NCBI GenBank assembly: GCA_965601925.1
Contig: OZ271854.1
Span: forward strand, 736,001 to 800,000
From: Alkalispirochaeta sp.
Lineage (GTDB): Bacteria > Spirochaetota > Spirochaetia > DSM-27196 > Alkalispirochaetaceae
Direction: 5' to 3'
DNA length: 64,000 nt
In this document: positions 46,852 to 55,816 of the stretch, one piece after another
Position numbering within the stretch: the stretch's first letter is position 1
Layout: each line of letters starts with the position of its first letter
Notes under the pieces: model-generated
Database searches by the model: none
What the model saw: only the letters and a program-made list of their open reading frames with translations
Told to the model about the DNA's origin: nothing
Program-made: the position numbers and the translations under genes

Positions 46852-47529
46852 ATGGAAGAACACAACGACATTCGCGTGATGGTGGTCGATGATCAAGAGT
46901 TAATGCGTGACGGCCTCATTGCCGTGCTTCAGCGCCAATCGGGAATCGCGGTGGTCGCGTCGGCCGCCGACGGAAAAGAGGCGCTCCAGCGGGCCCAGGA
47001 GGCGCAGCCGGACGTCGTGCTGATGGACGTCAGAATGCCGGTCATGGACGGTGTGCGGGCCGCCGCCGAGTTTCGCGAGCGTATGCCCCACATCGGTATT
47101 CTCATGCTCACCACCTTCGATGACGAAACCTACGTTGTGGAGGCGTTGCGCGCCGGAGCGGTGGGATACATTCTCAAAAACATTCCCGCAAGCGATCTGG
47201 CCGATGCGATACGCATGGCGCACAAACGCATCGTGCAGCTCGATGAGGCGGCGGCCCAGCGTGTGGTTGACGCGCTCGTATCCAAACGAGTCGAGGAGAG
47301 ACGCCCATCAATGCCGACCGGGGCGGCGGAAAGTTTGACCAAACGCGAGCAAGAAGTCATGCATCTGGTCGCCGAAGGGGAAAATAACCGCGAGATCGCC
47401 GAGCAGCTGTTCATCTCCGAGGGTACCGTTAAGAGCCACATCTCGAGCATCCTCGGCCGTCTCGGGTTGCGAGACCGTACGCAAATCGCGGTGTTCATGT
47501 ATAGAAACGGGTCTCGCACCGAAGAATGA
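46852..47529 (+). CDS. NarL/LuxR family response regulator
   Basis: VVDD, LMDVRMP, LTTFDD, LT.REQEV...N.EIA..LFISEGTVKSH. Confidence 0.95.
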   Translation: MEEHNDIRVMVVDDQELMRDGLIAVLQRQSGIAVVASAADGKEALQRAQEAQPDVVLMDVRMPVMDGVRAAAEFRERMPHIGILMLTTFDDETYVVEALRAGAVGYILKNIPASDLADAIRMAHKRIVQLDEAAAQRVVDALVSKRVEERRPSMPTGAAESLTKREQEVMHLVAEGENNREIAEQLFISEGTVKSHISSILGRLGLRDRTQIAVFMYRNGSRTEE

Positions 47530-47720
47530 GACGCGTCGCACGCGGCTATGGGCTCCGCCGCCCTGCCGGGACGCCGCGAGTCGCATCGGTCGGTGCATTG
47601 CCGCGACGCGTGCCCCAGGTCGCCCGAGTAGCCTCATCCGTATCGAGTCTGGTCATCACACCTTCCACATGATTTTCGAACATCGCCCGTGCTAAGCTCG
47701 ACCCTGAGGAACGCGAAGCA

Positions 47721-48446
47721 TTGGATATCTTCATCTTTCGCCACGCACAGGGTCACAACAACCTTCCGGTCTCGTCGCTCCCGCTCTCCGCCGACGAGAT
47801 ACGACACCGTTTGGACGCACCGCTTACCGAACGCGGGCACGAGCAGGCGCGTCATCTCGCCGACTACGTATCCGCACGATGGAGCGAGGAGGAGTACGGC
47901 GAATACGGCCGCGTATCGTTTTGGTTCTCTCGCCTCTATGCGTCGCCCATGCACAGAACCGCCGACACCGCTAATGCACTCTCACGAAAGCTCGGTATCC
48001 CGATAACGTTCGAGCCGCTAATCCACGAGTGCGGCGGGCTCTCACATCGCGAGGAGGACGGTACGGTCATTACCGTGCCGGGACTATCGCGATCGTTCTA
48101 CCGGAAGCACTACGAAGACGCGGTGATTCCCGATGAGATTACCGAGGACGGCTGGTGGAAGACCGAGCGTCCCGAGACGTCGGCCGACTGGGACGAACGG
48201 GCGCGCGTGTGGTTGCTCAAGGCGAAGGAACTTCACGGCGGTGAGGACGAGAGCATCGCGATCGTCACCCACCAGGGGTTCTTTCAAGCCCTTATGCGAC
48301 GCCTGTTGGATGCCGTGGGCGAACCGCTGTGGTTCACCATGCTGAACACCGGCGCGACTCGCGTGCATTTGGGGCCCGACGGTCAGACGGTCTTCCGCTT
48401 TGTAAATCATCTCTCTCACTTGCCGAACGACCTCATAACCGGATGA
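47721..48446 (+). CDS. Histidine phosphatase superfamily protein
   Basis: RHAQG, LTERGHEQA, ASPMHR, VTHQG. Confidence 0.88.
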   Translation: MDIFIFRHAQGHNNLPVSSLPLSADEIRHRLDAPLTERGHEQARHLADYVSARWSEEEYGEYGRVSFWFSRLYASPMHRTADTANALSRKLGIPITFEPLIHECGGLSHREEDGTVITVPGLSRSFYRKHYEDAVIPDEITEDGWWKTERPETSADWDERARVWLLKAKELHGGEDESIAIVTHQGFFQALMRRLLDAVGEPLWFTMLNTGATRVHLGPDGQTVFRFVNHLSHLPNDLITG

Positions 48447-48560
48447 TCGGGGAGCCTCGGTAACGCCGTCACCTCCGAGGTGGCGTGCCGGCACGGCAGC
48501 GTGGGAGGGAGACGCCCGGGCCCGCTGTCATCACCCCGAGAATAGCGGCATAATGCGGTT

Positions 48561-49478
48561 GTGGAACGGTTTCAACGCATAGCGATACCCGAGGGCGAGT
48601 CACCTCTCACAAAGCATATCGATCGATTTCAGCGATACTCCGAGCAGCCGATTGCGGTCTACCAGGATAATGCGGACTCCGAGGCCGAGCTGGCGCGCCG
48701 CATCGGCGAGGCGGACTGCGTACTGATCGGATGGGGTTCAAGACTGTCGCGAGAGACGATCCTGGCGTGTAGTCGTCTTTCGTACATCGGTTTGGCCGCG
48801 ACGTTATTTTCCGGCCCCGGATCAAACATCGATCTGGAGACGGCTCGAGAGCGCGGCATTGCAGTTTCGGGCGTCTCGGACTATGGAGATATCGGCGTCG
48901 TCGAGTTCGTCCTGTGCGAGATCATACGGCACATTAAGTACGGAGCGGAGAACACGGAACTCGGCAGTCACTGCGTGGGTATCGTCGGCGCAGGTGCGAC
49001 CGGCTCGAAGGTGGCACACGCGCTACATAGCCTGGGTGCCGACACCCGCTATTTCAGCCGTAGCCGCAAGCCGGATTTGGAGCGTCTGGGCGTGCGATCG
49101 ATGCCGCTCGCGGAGTTGCTGCGCAATGCCGACGTCGTCTCCCTCCATCTCCCGCGAAACACGCATCTTTTGACGGAACGAGAGATGCGCGTCTGGACGG
49201 GGCACAAGCTCTTGATCAACACATCTCTGGGCTTACCCGTCGAGCGCTCGGCAATGGTGAGGTGGTTACAGGATCCCACCAATAGATTCGTCGCCGACGC
49301 CGACGGGGCGGTGGGCATACGCGATATCGCTGCCCACCGAGATAATGCGTTCTTATACGAACACTACGCGGGACTCACCAGCGAGGCGCAGGGGCGCCTG
49401 ATCGATAAGGTGGAGCAGAACATCACGCAGTTTCTACGAGACGCGGCGTCTCATCCCCGCCCGAATAGATCCAGCTGA
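48561..49478 (+). CDS. Divergent D-2-hydroxyacid dehydrogenase-like protein
   Basis: NIDL..ARERGI.V, GIVGAGATG, DVVSLHLP; catalytic-region motifs degenerate. Confidence 0.75.
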   Translation: MERFQRIAIPEGESPLTKHIDRFQRYSEQPIAVYQDNADSEAELARRIGEADCVLIGWGSRLSRETILACSRLSYIGLAATLFSGPGSNIDLETARERGIAVSGVSDYGDIGVVEFVLCEIIRHIKYGAENTELGSHCVGIVGAGATGSKVAHALHSLGADTRYFSRSRKPDLERLGVRSMPLAELLRNADVVSLHLPRNTHLLTEREMRVWTGHKLLINTSLGLPVERSAMVRWLQDPTNRFVADADGAVGIRDIAAHRDNAFLYEHYAGLTSEAQGRLIDKVEQNITQFLRDAASHPRPNRSS

Positions 49479-52400
49479 CTCTCGGGCGCCTTGGGTGGCC
49501 GCGCCGGCTCCGGTTGGAGGCGATCAAGCAGGTCCCGTTCTATGTCGTCTAAGAAGGGACTCCGCGCGTTGGTGTACTCCCGCCCGAAGAGGACTCGACG
49601 CGTCGCGTTGGTGAGGTAGAGATATCGCTTTGCGCGGGTCATCGCAACGTATAAGAGCCGACGCTCCTCCTCAATATCGGTCCGGTCGCGAAAGAGCGTG
49701 TACGGGAGGAGTCCGTCCTCGCAGCCGACGACGAACACGGCGGCAAACTCCAACCCCTTGGCGGCGTGCAACGTCATGAGCGTCACCTTCTCACCGGCGC
49801 GCTCGTATCGATCGAGATCGCTTCCGATATCGATGGATCGCAAAAAGCGGTCGTGATCACCACCGAAGCGATCGGCAACGCTGAGGAGTTCCCGGATCTC
49901 TGCGTCATCCGACTCCTTCCCGACGATCGGGTACTCCGCACGCAAGACCGACAACGCCTTGGTCACCGATATCTCCTCGAGGCGACGGCCGCCGGTACCG
50001 AAGAGCTTGCGATTCGGTTCGATCCCCTCGCGGGCAAGACGCAACGCGACGACGCGGTTACGGGGGTTGCGATAATGTGTAAGAAGAGTGATGAGACGGC
50101 TCGCACCGCCTGATCGAAATCGCGGTCCGGTGTCGATGCGTTGATACGGTACGTGGTGGTCCAAAAGCGCCTTTTCGATCGTCGACATTTGGCGCCGCGT
50201 GCGACAGAGTACGGCAAAATCGGAGAGACTCTCGATTCCGTTGGCGGCGTCGCCGGCGGCAACCTCCGAGTCCATGGAGAAAAACTGCAACCCGCCTAAC
50301 AGGTCCTCGATCGTGCGGGCAACGAACTCAGCCTCGCTCCGGTCGGTGCGCGCCTCCACGATCCGGACATTGACGCCCGTAGCGACGCCCTCAAGGCCGT
50401 TCTCCGATTCAACGTCGAGAACTTGGGTGGAGGCGTTCAGAATGCGAGCGGAACAGCGGTAACTCGTGGTCAGGTGATGCACCCGCGCATCGGGATAGTC
50501 GGTTTGAAATTCGCGGATATACCGTACCATCGCTCCCCGGAATCCGTAGATCGCTTGGTTAGGGTCGCCGATGACGCAGAGGTTGGCGTCGTGTTCCGGC
50601 GCCAGGGTACGGAGAAGGCGATACTGTGCCTTGTTTACATCTTGGTACTCGTCGACCAATATCCATCGCACGCGTTCGCGATAGCGCCGCCGAAACGCCG
50701 AGTCGTTCTCGAGTCTGAGGATCGGCAGTCGAAGGAGATCCTCCAGATCAAACGCGTTGATTTCGCGCAGTAGCTGCTCGTAGGCGTCAAAGAGCTCGGC
50801 GAAGAGTGTATCGTCATACGCGATGTCCTCAGCGGACGCAAGCTCTTCCTTCGCGGTCCCGATACGATTCGACAGCGCCGAACGTTCACGCGATGAGGTG
50901 TGTGTACCGATCGACGGCACCTCACGCAGCAACTCGGCCCGCTCCGTAGCGTTAATTATGGAGAAGGTCGCATCTCTCCCGAGTTCCGACGCACATTCCC
51001 GCAGAATCGAGAGCCCGAAGGCGTGGAAGGTCGCGATCGTCGGCTCGGTACGCTCCGACGGGGCGGCCCGATCGGCCAGGAGTGCCCGGAGCCGTTCGCG
51101 CATCTCGGTCGCCGCTTTGTTGGTAAAGGTGAGAGCCAGAATTGAGGCGGGGTGAACGCCGGCCTCGATGAGGTGGGCGACGCGGGTGGTCAACGTCTTG
51201 GTCTTGCCGGTTCCCGGCCCCGCGAGGATCAAGGCGGGTCCGTTATAGTCCGTAACCGCTTCGCGCTGGGCCGCATTCAGCCCCTCCGTAAGACTCGTCG
51301 GGACGCCTTCTGCCGCCGCTCCGTCGCGGGAGTCGGCCTCCTCGCCCGCGGCGGCTCGGTCGATTGGCTCGCGTGCCGTCGGCGCGGGTGTCTCCGCCGG
51401 GCCGGCGTCCGCCGCGGCGTCTACGGACGTCGGAGGCTCTTCCCGGTCGTCCATTCCCGTCTTGAGCGCGTGCAACGCCGAGAGATCGAACTCTACCAAC
51501 GCTAAGGGAGCCGGCGGCGGAACGCGCGCGATATCGGCGAAGAGCGAATCCTGGTCGCGACTCGACGGCCGCTCTCCTTTCGCAAATACGCGAACACGCC
51601 CGTACTCGCCGTCGTATCCCTCATCGACGACGACCTCCCGTCGCCGAACGCGACGTATCGCCTCGGCAAAGTGCTCGCCGCCTATCGCCTCGCACCGAGA
51701 TGCGTCGGCTTCCCGCAGAATGGAAAGCTCGCTACCCCCCTTCGTGAGGATCGCCTGATACGCTTGGGCCACGCGTTTTGATGCGGGCCCGACGCCGAGG
51801 AGTTCCGAGAGTATCTCCTTTAAGGGTACGAGAGGGTAAAACGGTGTCTTATGCGATCGCCCGTCGACGGAATCGCGGTCGGCAAGCTCCGCAACGCGGC
51901 TGAGCACCCCCTGCGTCACCGGCTTACCGCACACCGAACAGATGCCGCCGTGGCGAATCGTCTCCACCGGGTCCCATCGAATATTGCACTTTCGGTGGCC
52001 GTCGAAGTGATACTTCCCTTCCTGAGGAAAGAACTCGATCGTTCCCAGAAAGCCGGCATTCTCACCACGTCTCATCGCCTCGACGATTCCCGCGTACGAA
52101 CGCTCGGTGTCGAAGAGATTGGCCTCGCGCCCCAGTTTCTCCGGGGAGTGGGCGTCGGAGTTGGAGACCAGCGTAAAGCGGTCCAGCACACTGCACATCC
52201 AGTTCATCGGGGGGTCGGACGAGAGCCCCGTTTCCACGGCGTGAATGTGGTGCGAGAGGTCGCGAAAACACTCCTCCACGGAGTCGAAACCCGACTTCGA
52301 TCCGAGGGTGGAGAACCAGGGAGTCCAGACGTGAGCGGGAATGAAGAAGATATCCGGTGAGGCCTCCAACACGATTTCCAGAAGATCGCGCGAATCGAGC

Positions 52401-52813
52401 CCCAGAATCGGACGTCCGTCGGAGGTAATGTTGCCGATACGCGACAGGCTCGCCTGGATCTTCTCGACCGTCTCGAAGTCCGGCGCGCATATGACGTGGT
52501 GAACCTTTCGTACGCGCCCGTCGAACTTATAGATACAGCTGATTTCGGACGTCAGCATGAATCGCACGTCGCCCGGCACCGACGGCTCGCGATCGATGAG
52601 ACGATACTCGGGCCGCAGCGAGAACAGCCCCTCTTCGGCCGGCTCGAACTTCTCCTTGAGCTCAGCGGTCCACGCGGGATGCGTGAAGTCTCCGGTACCG
52701 ACGACGCCGATACCCTTTACCCGCGCCCAATAATCCAGGTGTTCCGGGGTGAGATCCTTGCTGGTTGCCCGCGAGTAGTGCGAATGGATGTGGAGATCGG
52801 CGATAAACTTCAC
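49451..52813 (-). CDS. Endonuclease Q-like PHP domain fused to UvrD/PcrA-type helicase
   Basis: ADLHIHSHYSRATS, GTGDFTHP, NSDAHS, GKYHFDGHRKC, CSVCG; then AGPGTGKT, TFTNKAA, VDEYQD, GDPNQAIYGFRG, TLHAAKGLEF, EERRLLYVAMTRA; start GTG 6 nt after TTGATG-17-TACCGT. Confidence 0.92.
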   Translation of the reverse strand: MKFIADLHIHSHYSRATSKDLTPEHLDYWARVKGIGVVGTGDFTHPAWTAELKEKFEPAEEGLFSLRPEYRLIDREPSVPGDVRFMLTSEISCIYKFDGRVRKVHHVICAPDFETVEKIQASLSRIGNITSDGRPILGLDSRDLLEIVLEASPDIFFIPAHVWTPWFSTLGSKSGFDSVEECFRDLSHHIHAVETGLSSDPPMNWMCSVLDRFTLVSNSDAHSPEKLGREANLFDTERSYAGIVEAMRRGENAGFLGTIEFFPQEGKYHFDGHRKCNIRWDPVETIRHGGICSVCGKPVTQGVLSRVAELADRDSVDGRSHKTPFYPLVPLKEILSELLGVGPASKRVAQAYQAILTKGGSELSILREADASRCEAIGGEHFAEAIRRVRRREVVVDEGYDGEYGRVRVFAKGERPSSRDQDSLFADIARVPPPAPLALVEFDLSALHALKTGMDDREEPPTSVDAAADAGPAETPAPTAREPIDRAAAGEEADSRDGAAAEGVPTSLTEGLNAAQREAVTDYNGPALILAGPGTGKTKTLTTRVAHLIEAGVHPASILALTFTNKAATEMRERLRALLADRAAPSERTEPTIATFHAFGLSILRECASELGRDATFSIINATERAELLREVPSIGTHTSSRERSALSNRIGTAKEELASAEDIAYDDTLFAELFDAYEQLLREINAFDLEDLLRLPILRLENDSAFRRRYRERVRWILVDEYQDVNKAQYRLLRTLAPEHDANLCVIGDPNQAIYGFRGAMVRYIREFQTDYPDARVHHLTTSYRCSARILNASTQVLDVESENGLEGVATGVNVRIVEARTDRSEAEFVARTIEDLLGGLQFFSMDSEVAAGDAANGIESLSDFAVLCRTRRQMSTIEKALLDHHVPYQRIDTGPRFRSGGASRLITLLTHYRNPRNRVVALRLAREGIEPNRKLFGTGGRRLEEISVTKALSVLRAEYPIVGKESDDAEIRELLSVADRFGGDHDRFLRSIDIGSDLDRYERAGEKVTLMTLHAAKGLEFAAVFVVGCEDGLLPYTLFRDRTDIEEERRLLYVAMTRAKRYLYLTNATRRVLFGREYTNARSPFLDDIERDLLDRLQPEPARPPKAPESQLDLFGRG

Positions 52814-52934
52814 GCCACAACGGTAGATGTTCTCGCCTATGACATCAAGGTCGCCGGTGCATCCGCCTCGAGTGTCAGAAGGCGCCGCACTGGGACGCGA
52901 TCGGGCCGTTCTTTTCCACCGGGAGCCACGCCCA

Positions 52935-52984
52935 TTGTCAAGTATCGAGCATTGTTCTATATTATAAAAAAAGAACAACGTTCT
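52935..52984 (+). promoter_or_regulatory. Promoter with two putative TetR operators
   Basis: TTGTCA-17-TATATT; AGAAC-N3-GTTCT at 52972-52984 and a degenerate copy at 52946-52958. Confidence 0.65.
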
Positions 52985-53006
52985 ATGTTTCAGAAGGAGT
53001 ATCAAG

Positions 53007-53426
53007 ATGGAAATTCGATCGGAACCTATCGCGGAGCGGATAGAGGGAACCACCCGAACGGGGACGTCGGGAGTCGGTGGACCGCACGTTTTTTTGCGCC
53101 TCGACGGCCTGTCCACGCTCGTCGCCGCGACCATCGTATATCGAACGGTGGGCGGGAGATGGTCGTTGTTTGCACTTCTCTTCCTGGCGCCCGACCTCTC
53201 GATGGTCGGATATCTCGCGGGGCCGCGAATCGGCGCGATAGCGTACAACCTCTTCCACGGCATCCTGCTCCCGGTGACGGTTGTGATCTTCGGGGTCGTC
53301 TCGTCGTATCAGCTCGCGATCCATATCGGACTGGTCTGGTTGGCCCACATTGGACTGGATCGCGCGATCGGATACGGGTTCAAATACCCGACGGCGTTTC
53401 GGGATACCCATTTTCAACGGGTATGA
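53007..53426 (+). CDS. DUF4260 family membrane protein
   Basis: LRLDG, LAPDLSMVGY, GA..YN..H, WLAHIGLDRAIGYGFKY..F.DTH. Confidence 0.88.
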   Translation: MEIRSEPIAERIEGTTRTGTSGVGGPHVFLRLDGLSTLVAATIVYRTVGGRWSLFALLFLAPDLSMVGYLAGPRIGAIAYNLFHGILLPVTVVIFGVVSSYQLAIHIGLVWLAHIGLDRAIGYGFKYPTAFRDTHFQRV

Positions 53427-53439
53427 AGGGGAAAGAACA

Positions 53440-54087
53440 GTGGCGTACAGACGCACGGAATCGCGGCAACGCCATATAGCCGCCGTACGGGATACGATGA
53501 TCGAAGCGGCGACGGCACTCGTGCGGGAGGACGGACTCTCGGCGCTCACCGTCCGAGCCGTGATTGGTCGCGCAGGGTCGTCAATCGGCAATTTCCACCA
53601 CTACTTCGGCGACAAGGCGGGGCTCATACGAGAGGTGCTCAACCGCGTCATCGACGAGATATTCGCGACCGTCGATCGCGCCGCCGGTAACGAACCACCG
53701 GGTCCGCGACAACTCGCGGTAATGGTATACACCGGTATCACTGAAACCATGAAACAACGGCGTCTCGCGAGCGCATTATTTGCCGGAGAGCCGGGAGAGG
53801 CGACCCGAAGAGTGGTAACGCAGCGCCTCGTCCAACGGGTTGAAACGACGTTTGCCGCGTACGAGTCGTCGGGACGGCACGATTTCCCTGCCGAGTCGCC
53901 GCTTGCCGCGGCGATGTGGCAGGGAACGATCACGATGGTAGTAGAAGTGCTCCTGTCCGGGGATTTGAGCATCGACGCACATTCGGCGGCGTGCTCGTGC
54001 GCAGCGTGGAATCTCCGAGCGATCGGCGTGAGCGACGGCGCTGTGGAAGATGCAGTCGCCCGGCTTGAAGCGGTCCGGACGGCGTAG
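53440..54087 (+). CDS. TetR/AcrR family regulator
   Basis: G...LTVRAV..RAGSSIGNFHHYFGDK. Confidence 0.88.
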   Translation: MAYRRTESRQRHIAAVRDTMIEAATALVREDGLSALTVRAVIGRAGSSIGNFHHYFGDKAGLIREVLNRVIDEIFATVDRAAGNEPPGPRQLAVMVYTGITETMKQRRLASALFAGEPGEATRRVVTQRLVQRVETTFAAYESSGRHDFPAESPLAAAMWQGTITMVVEVLLSGDLSIDAHSAACSCAAWNLRAIGVSDGAVEDAVARLEAVRTA

Positions 54088-54296
54088 GGGAGCCGCAGCC
54101 GGGAATCGCCGCACGGGAGTCGTCTTATCCGCCCGAACCGTCCGACGGCGCCGTGGCCTCGATGACCGCTACGGCGCGGTTTCGGGCGCCGTCGCCACAC
54201 CTCTCGTTGAACGCCTCACCATGAACAGCTACCGAAATCGAAGGACGCACTGAAACCGTAATTCGTCATCGTGTGACCCTTTACCTGAATCGTAAC

Positions 54297-54341
54297 TTGA
54301 CAATGTAAACTTCTTTAGCGATACTGAGTTGACAGTGTCTA
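54297..54341 (+). promoter_or_regulatory. Promoter with two TTGACA-N-TGT(C/A) operators
   Basis: TTGACAATGTAAA and TTGACAGTGTCTA; TTGACA-17-GATACT. Confidence 0.7.
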
Positions 54342-54359
54342 CCAAGGAGGGACGTAGCG

Positions 54360-55160
54360 ATGAGAAAACGTGAACGGTGGGTCGCAAAGTTCGGACCGTG
54401 GGCGGTCGTGACCGGCGCGTCGGACGGGATAGGGCGTGCGTGTGCGTACACCCTTGCGGAACGGGGTATGAACGTCGTACTGGTCGCCCGACGGCGGGAG
54501 GTTCTCGATGAGATCGCCGGTGACATCGAGCAACGTCACGCGGTGAACACACGCGTCGTGTCGGTGGATCTGGGGGAGCGCTCCTCATTCGATCTCCTCG
54601 CCCGCGAGACGGCGGATATCGACGTGGGTCTCCTTATCGCCTCTGCCGGATTCGGTACTTCGGGACCCTTCATCGAGTCGGATATCGAGACCGAACTGTC
54701 CATGGTCGACTTGAACTGCACCGCATTGATGGCCCTTACCCACCACTACGGTAGACGCTTTGCGAGTCGGCGACGGGGCGGCATCGTACTCATGAGTTCC
54801 ATCGTCGCGTTTCAAGGCGTGCCCTTTGCGGCCGACTATGCGGCGACCAAAGCGTACGTCCAGACGCTGGCCGAGGGTCTCCGTCTGGAGTTGAAGCCCT
54901 ACGGCGTCGACGTGCTCGCCTCGGCTCCCGCCCAGGTACACAGCGGATTTGCCGCACGAGCCGATATGCGCATGGGTCGGGCGCTCACTCCCCACCACGT
55001 GGCGCGCGGTACCATCAACGCTCTGGGCCGACGCGCGACGGTACGCCCCGGTTTCCTGTCGAAGTTTCTCGAGGCGGTTCTGAAGCTGCCGCGCGCGTTA
55101 CGAACGCGGATCATGAAGGTGGTAATGGGCGGTATGACCGCACACCGCCGTGCCGCGTAA
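54360..55160 (+). CDS. Short-chain dehydrogenase/reductase
   Basis: TGASDGIG, SS, YAATK; AAGGAGG RBS. Confidence 0.92.
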   Translation: MRKRERWVAKFGPWAVVTGASDGIGRACAYTLAERGMNVVLVARRREVLDEIAGDIEQRHAVNTRVVSVDLGERSSFDLLARETADIDVGLLIASAGFGTSGPFIESDIETELSMVDLNCTALMALTHHYGRRFASRRRGGIVLMSSIVAFQGVPFAADYAATKAYVQTLAEGLRLELKPYGVDVLASAPAQVHSGFAARADMRMGRALTPHHVARGTINALGRRATVRPGFLSKFLEAVLKLPRALRTRIMKVVMGGMTAHRRAA

Positions 55161-55770
55161 GGGCCGAACACCCGGCGATCTCCGCGAAGCGTGCGTCGCC
55201 GAGGCGTTACGGATCGTGGAACGCGAGGGAGTAGAGAGCCTGAGCATGCGCGAAGTCGCGAGAAGACTCGGCGTGTCCCATCAGGCGCCGTACAAGCACT
55301 TCGCGAGTCGCGACCACATTCTCGCCGAGATCGTTGCGCGCGCCTACGGGAGCTTCGTGGAGTATCTCGAGGCGATACCCGAGACCGATAACCCGGCGGA
55401 AGATATGGCCGAGATGGGACGCAGGTACGTGAGATATGCGCTGACGCATCCTCTTCAGTACCGCCTCATGTTCGAGAGTCCCTTACCGGAGCCGCGTCGC
55501 CATCCGGAGATGATGCGTCGCGCCGATCGCGCGTTTACGCTTCTTCGCACATGCCTGAAACGAATGCCGGATCGGTGGACGAACGCCCTCGGCGACGACG
55601 CCACCGATACCGATGCACTGTTCGTATGGGCGACTCTGCACGGTTTGGCGAGCATATCACGCTCCTCGGCACTCCATACACTGACGCTTCCCGACTCGGT
55701 TATCGAGAATGCGGTACGCGATGCATTGATCAGAATCGGTGTCGGTATCGGAGTGGAGGGGCGATCGTAG
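55150..55770 (+). CDS. TetR family regulator (WHG-type C-domain)
   Basis: LSMREVARRLGVSHQAPYKHF, YRLMF, WATLHG. Confidence 0.92.
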   Translation: MPRKGRTPGDLREACVAEALRIVEREGVESLSMREVARRLGVSHQAPYKHFASRDHILAEIVARAYGSFVEYLEAIPETDNPAEDMAEMGRRYVRYALTHPLQYRLMFESPLPEPRRHPEMMRRADRAFTLLRTCLKRMPDRWTNALGDDATDTDALFVWATLHGLASISRSSALHTLTLPDSVIENAVRDALIRIGVGIGVEGRS

Positions 55771-55816
55771 GTCGCGCTCCTTGTCCCGCCCCATTGAAAG
55801 TCGTACTTTCGTGACG

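Noticed and set aside
52946..52984. LexA/SOS box upstream of the repair fusion
   Set aside because: Spacing is GAAC-N3-GTTC, not the N4 Gram-positive box, and the sites overlap the DUF4260-TetR promoter
52814..53263. 150-aa N-terminal extension of the EndoQ-UvrD ORF
   Set aside because: Overlaps the divergent DUF4260 gene and promoter; homology begins at KFIADLH
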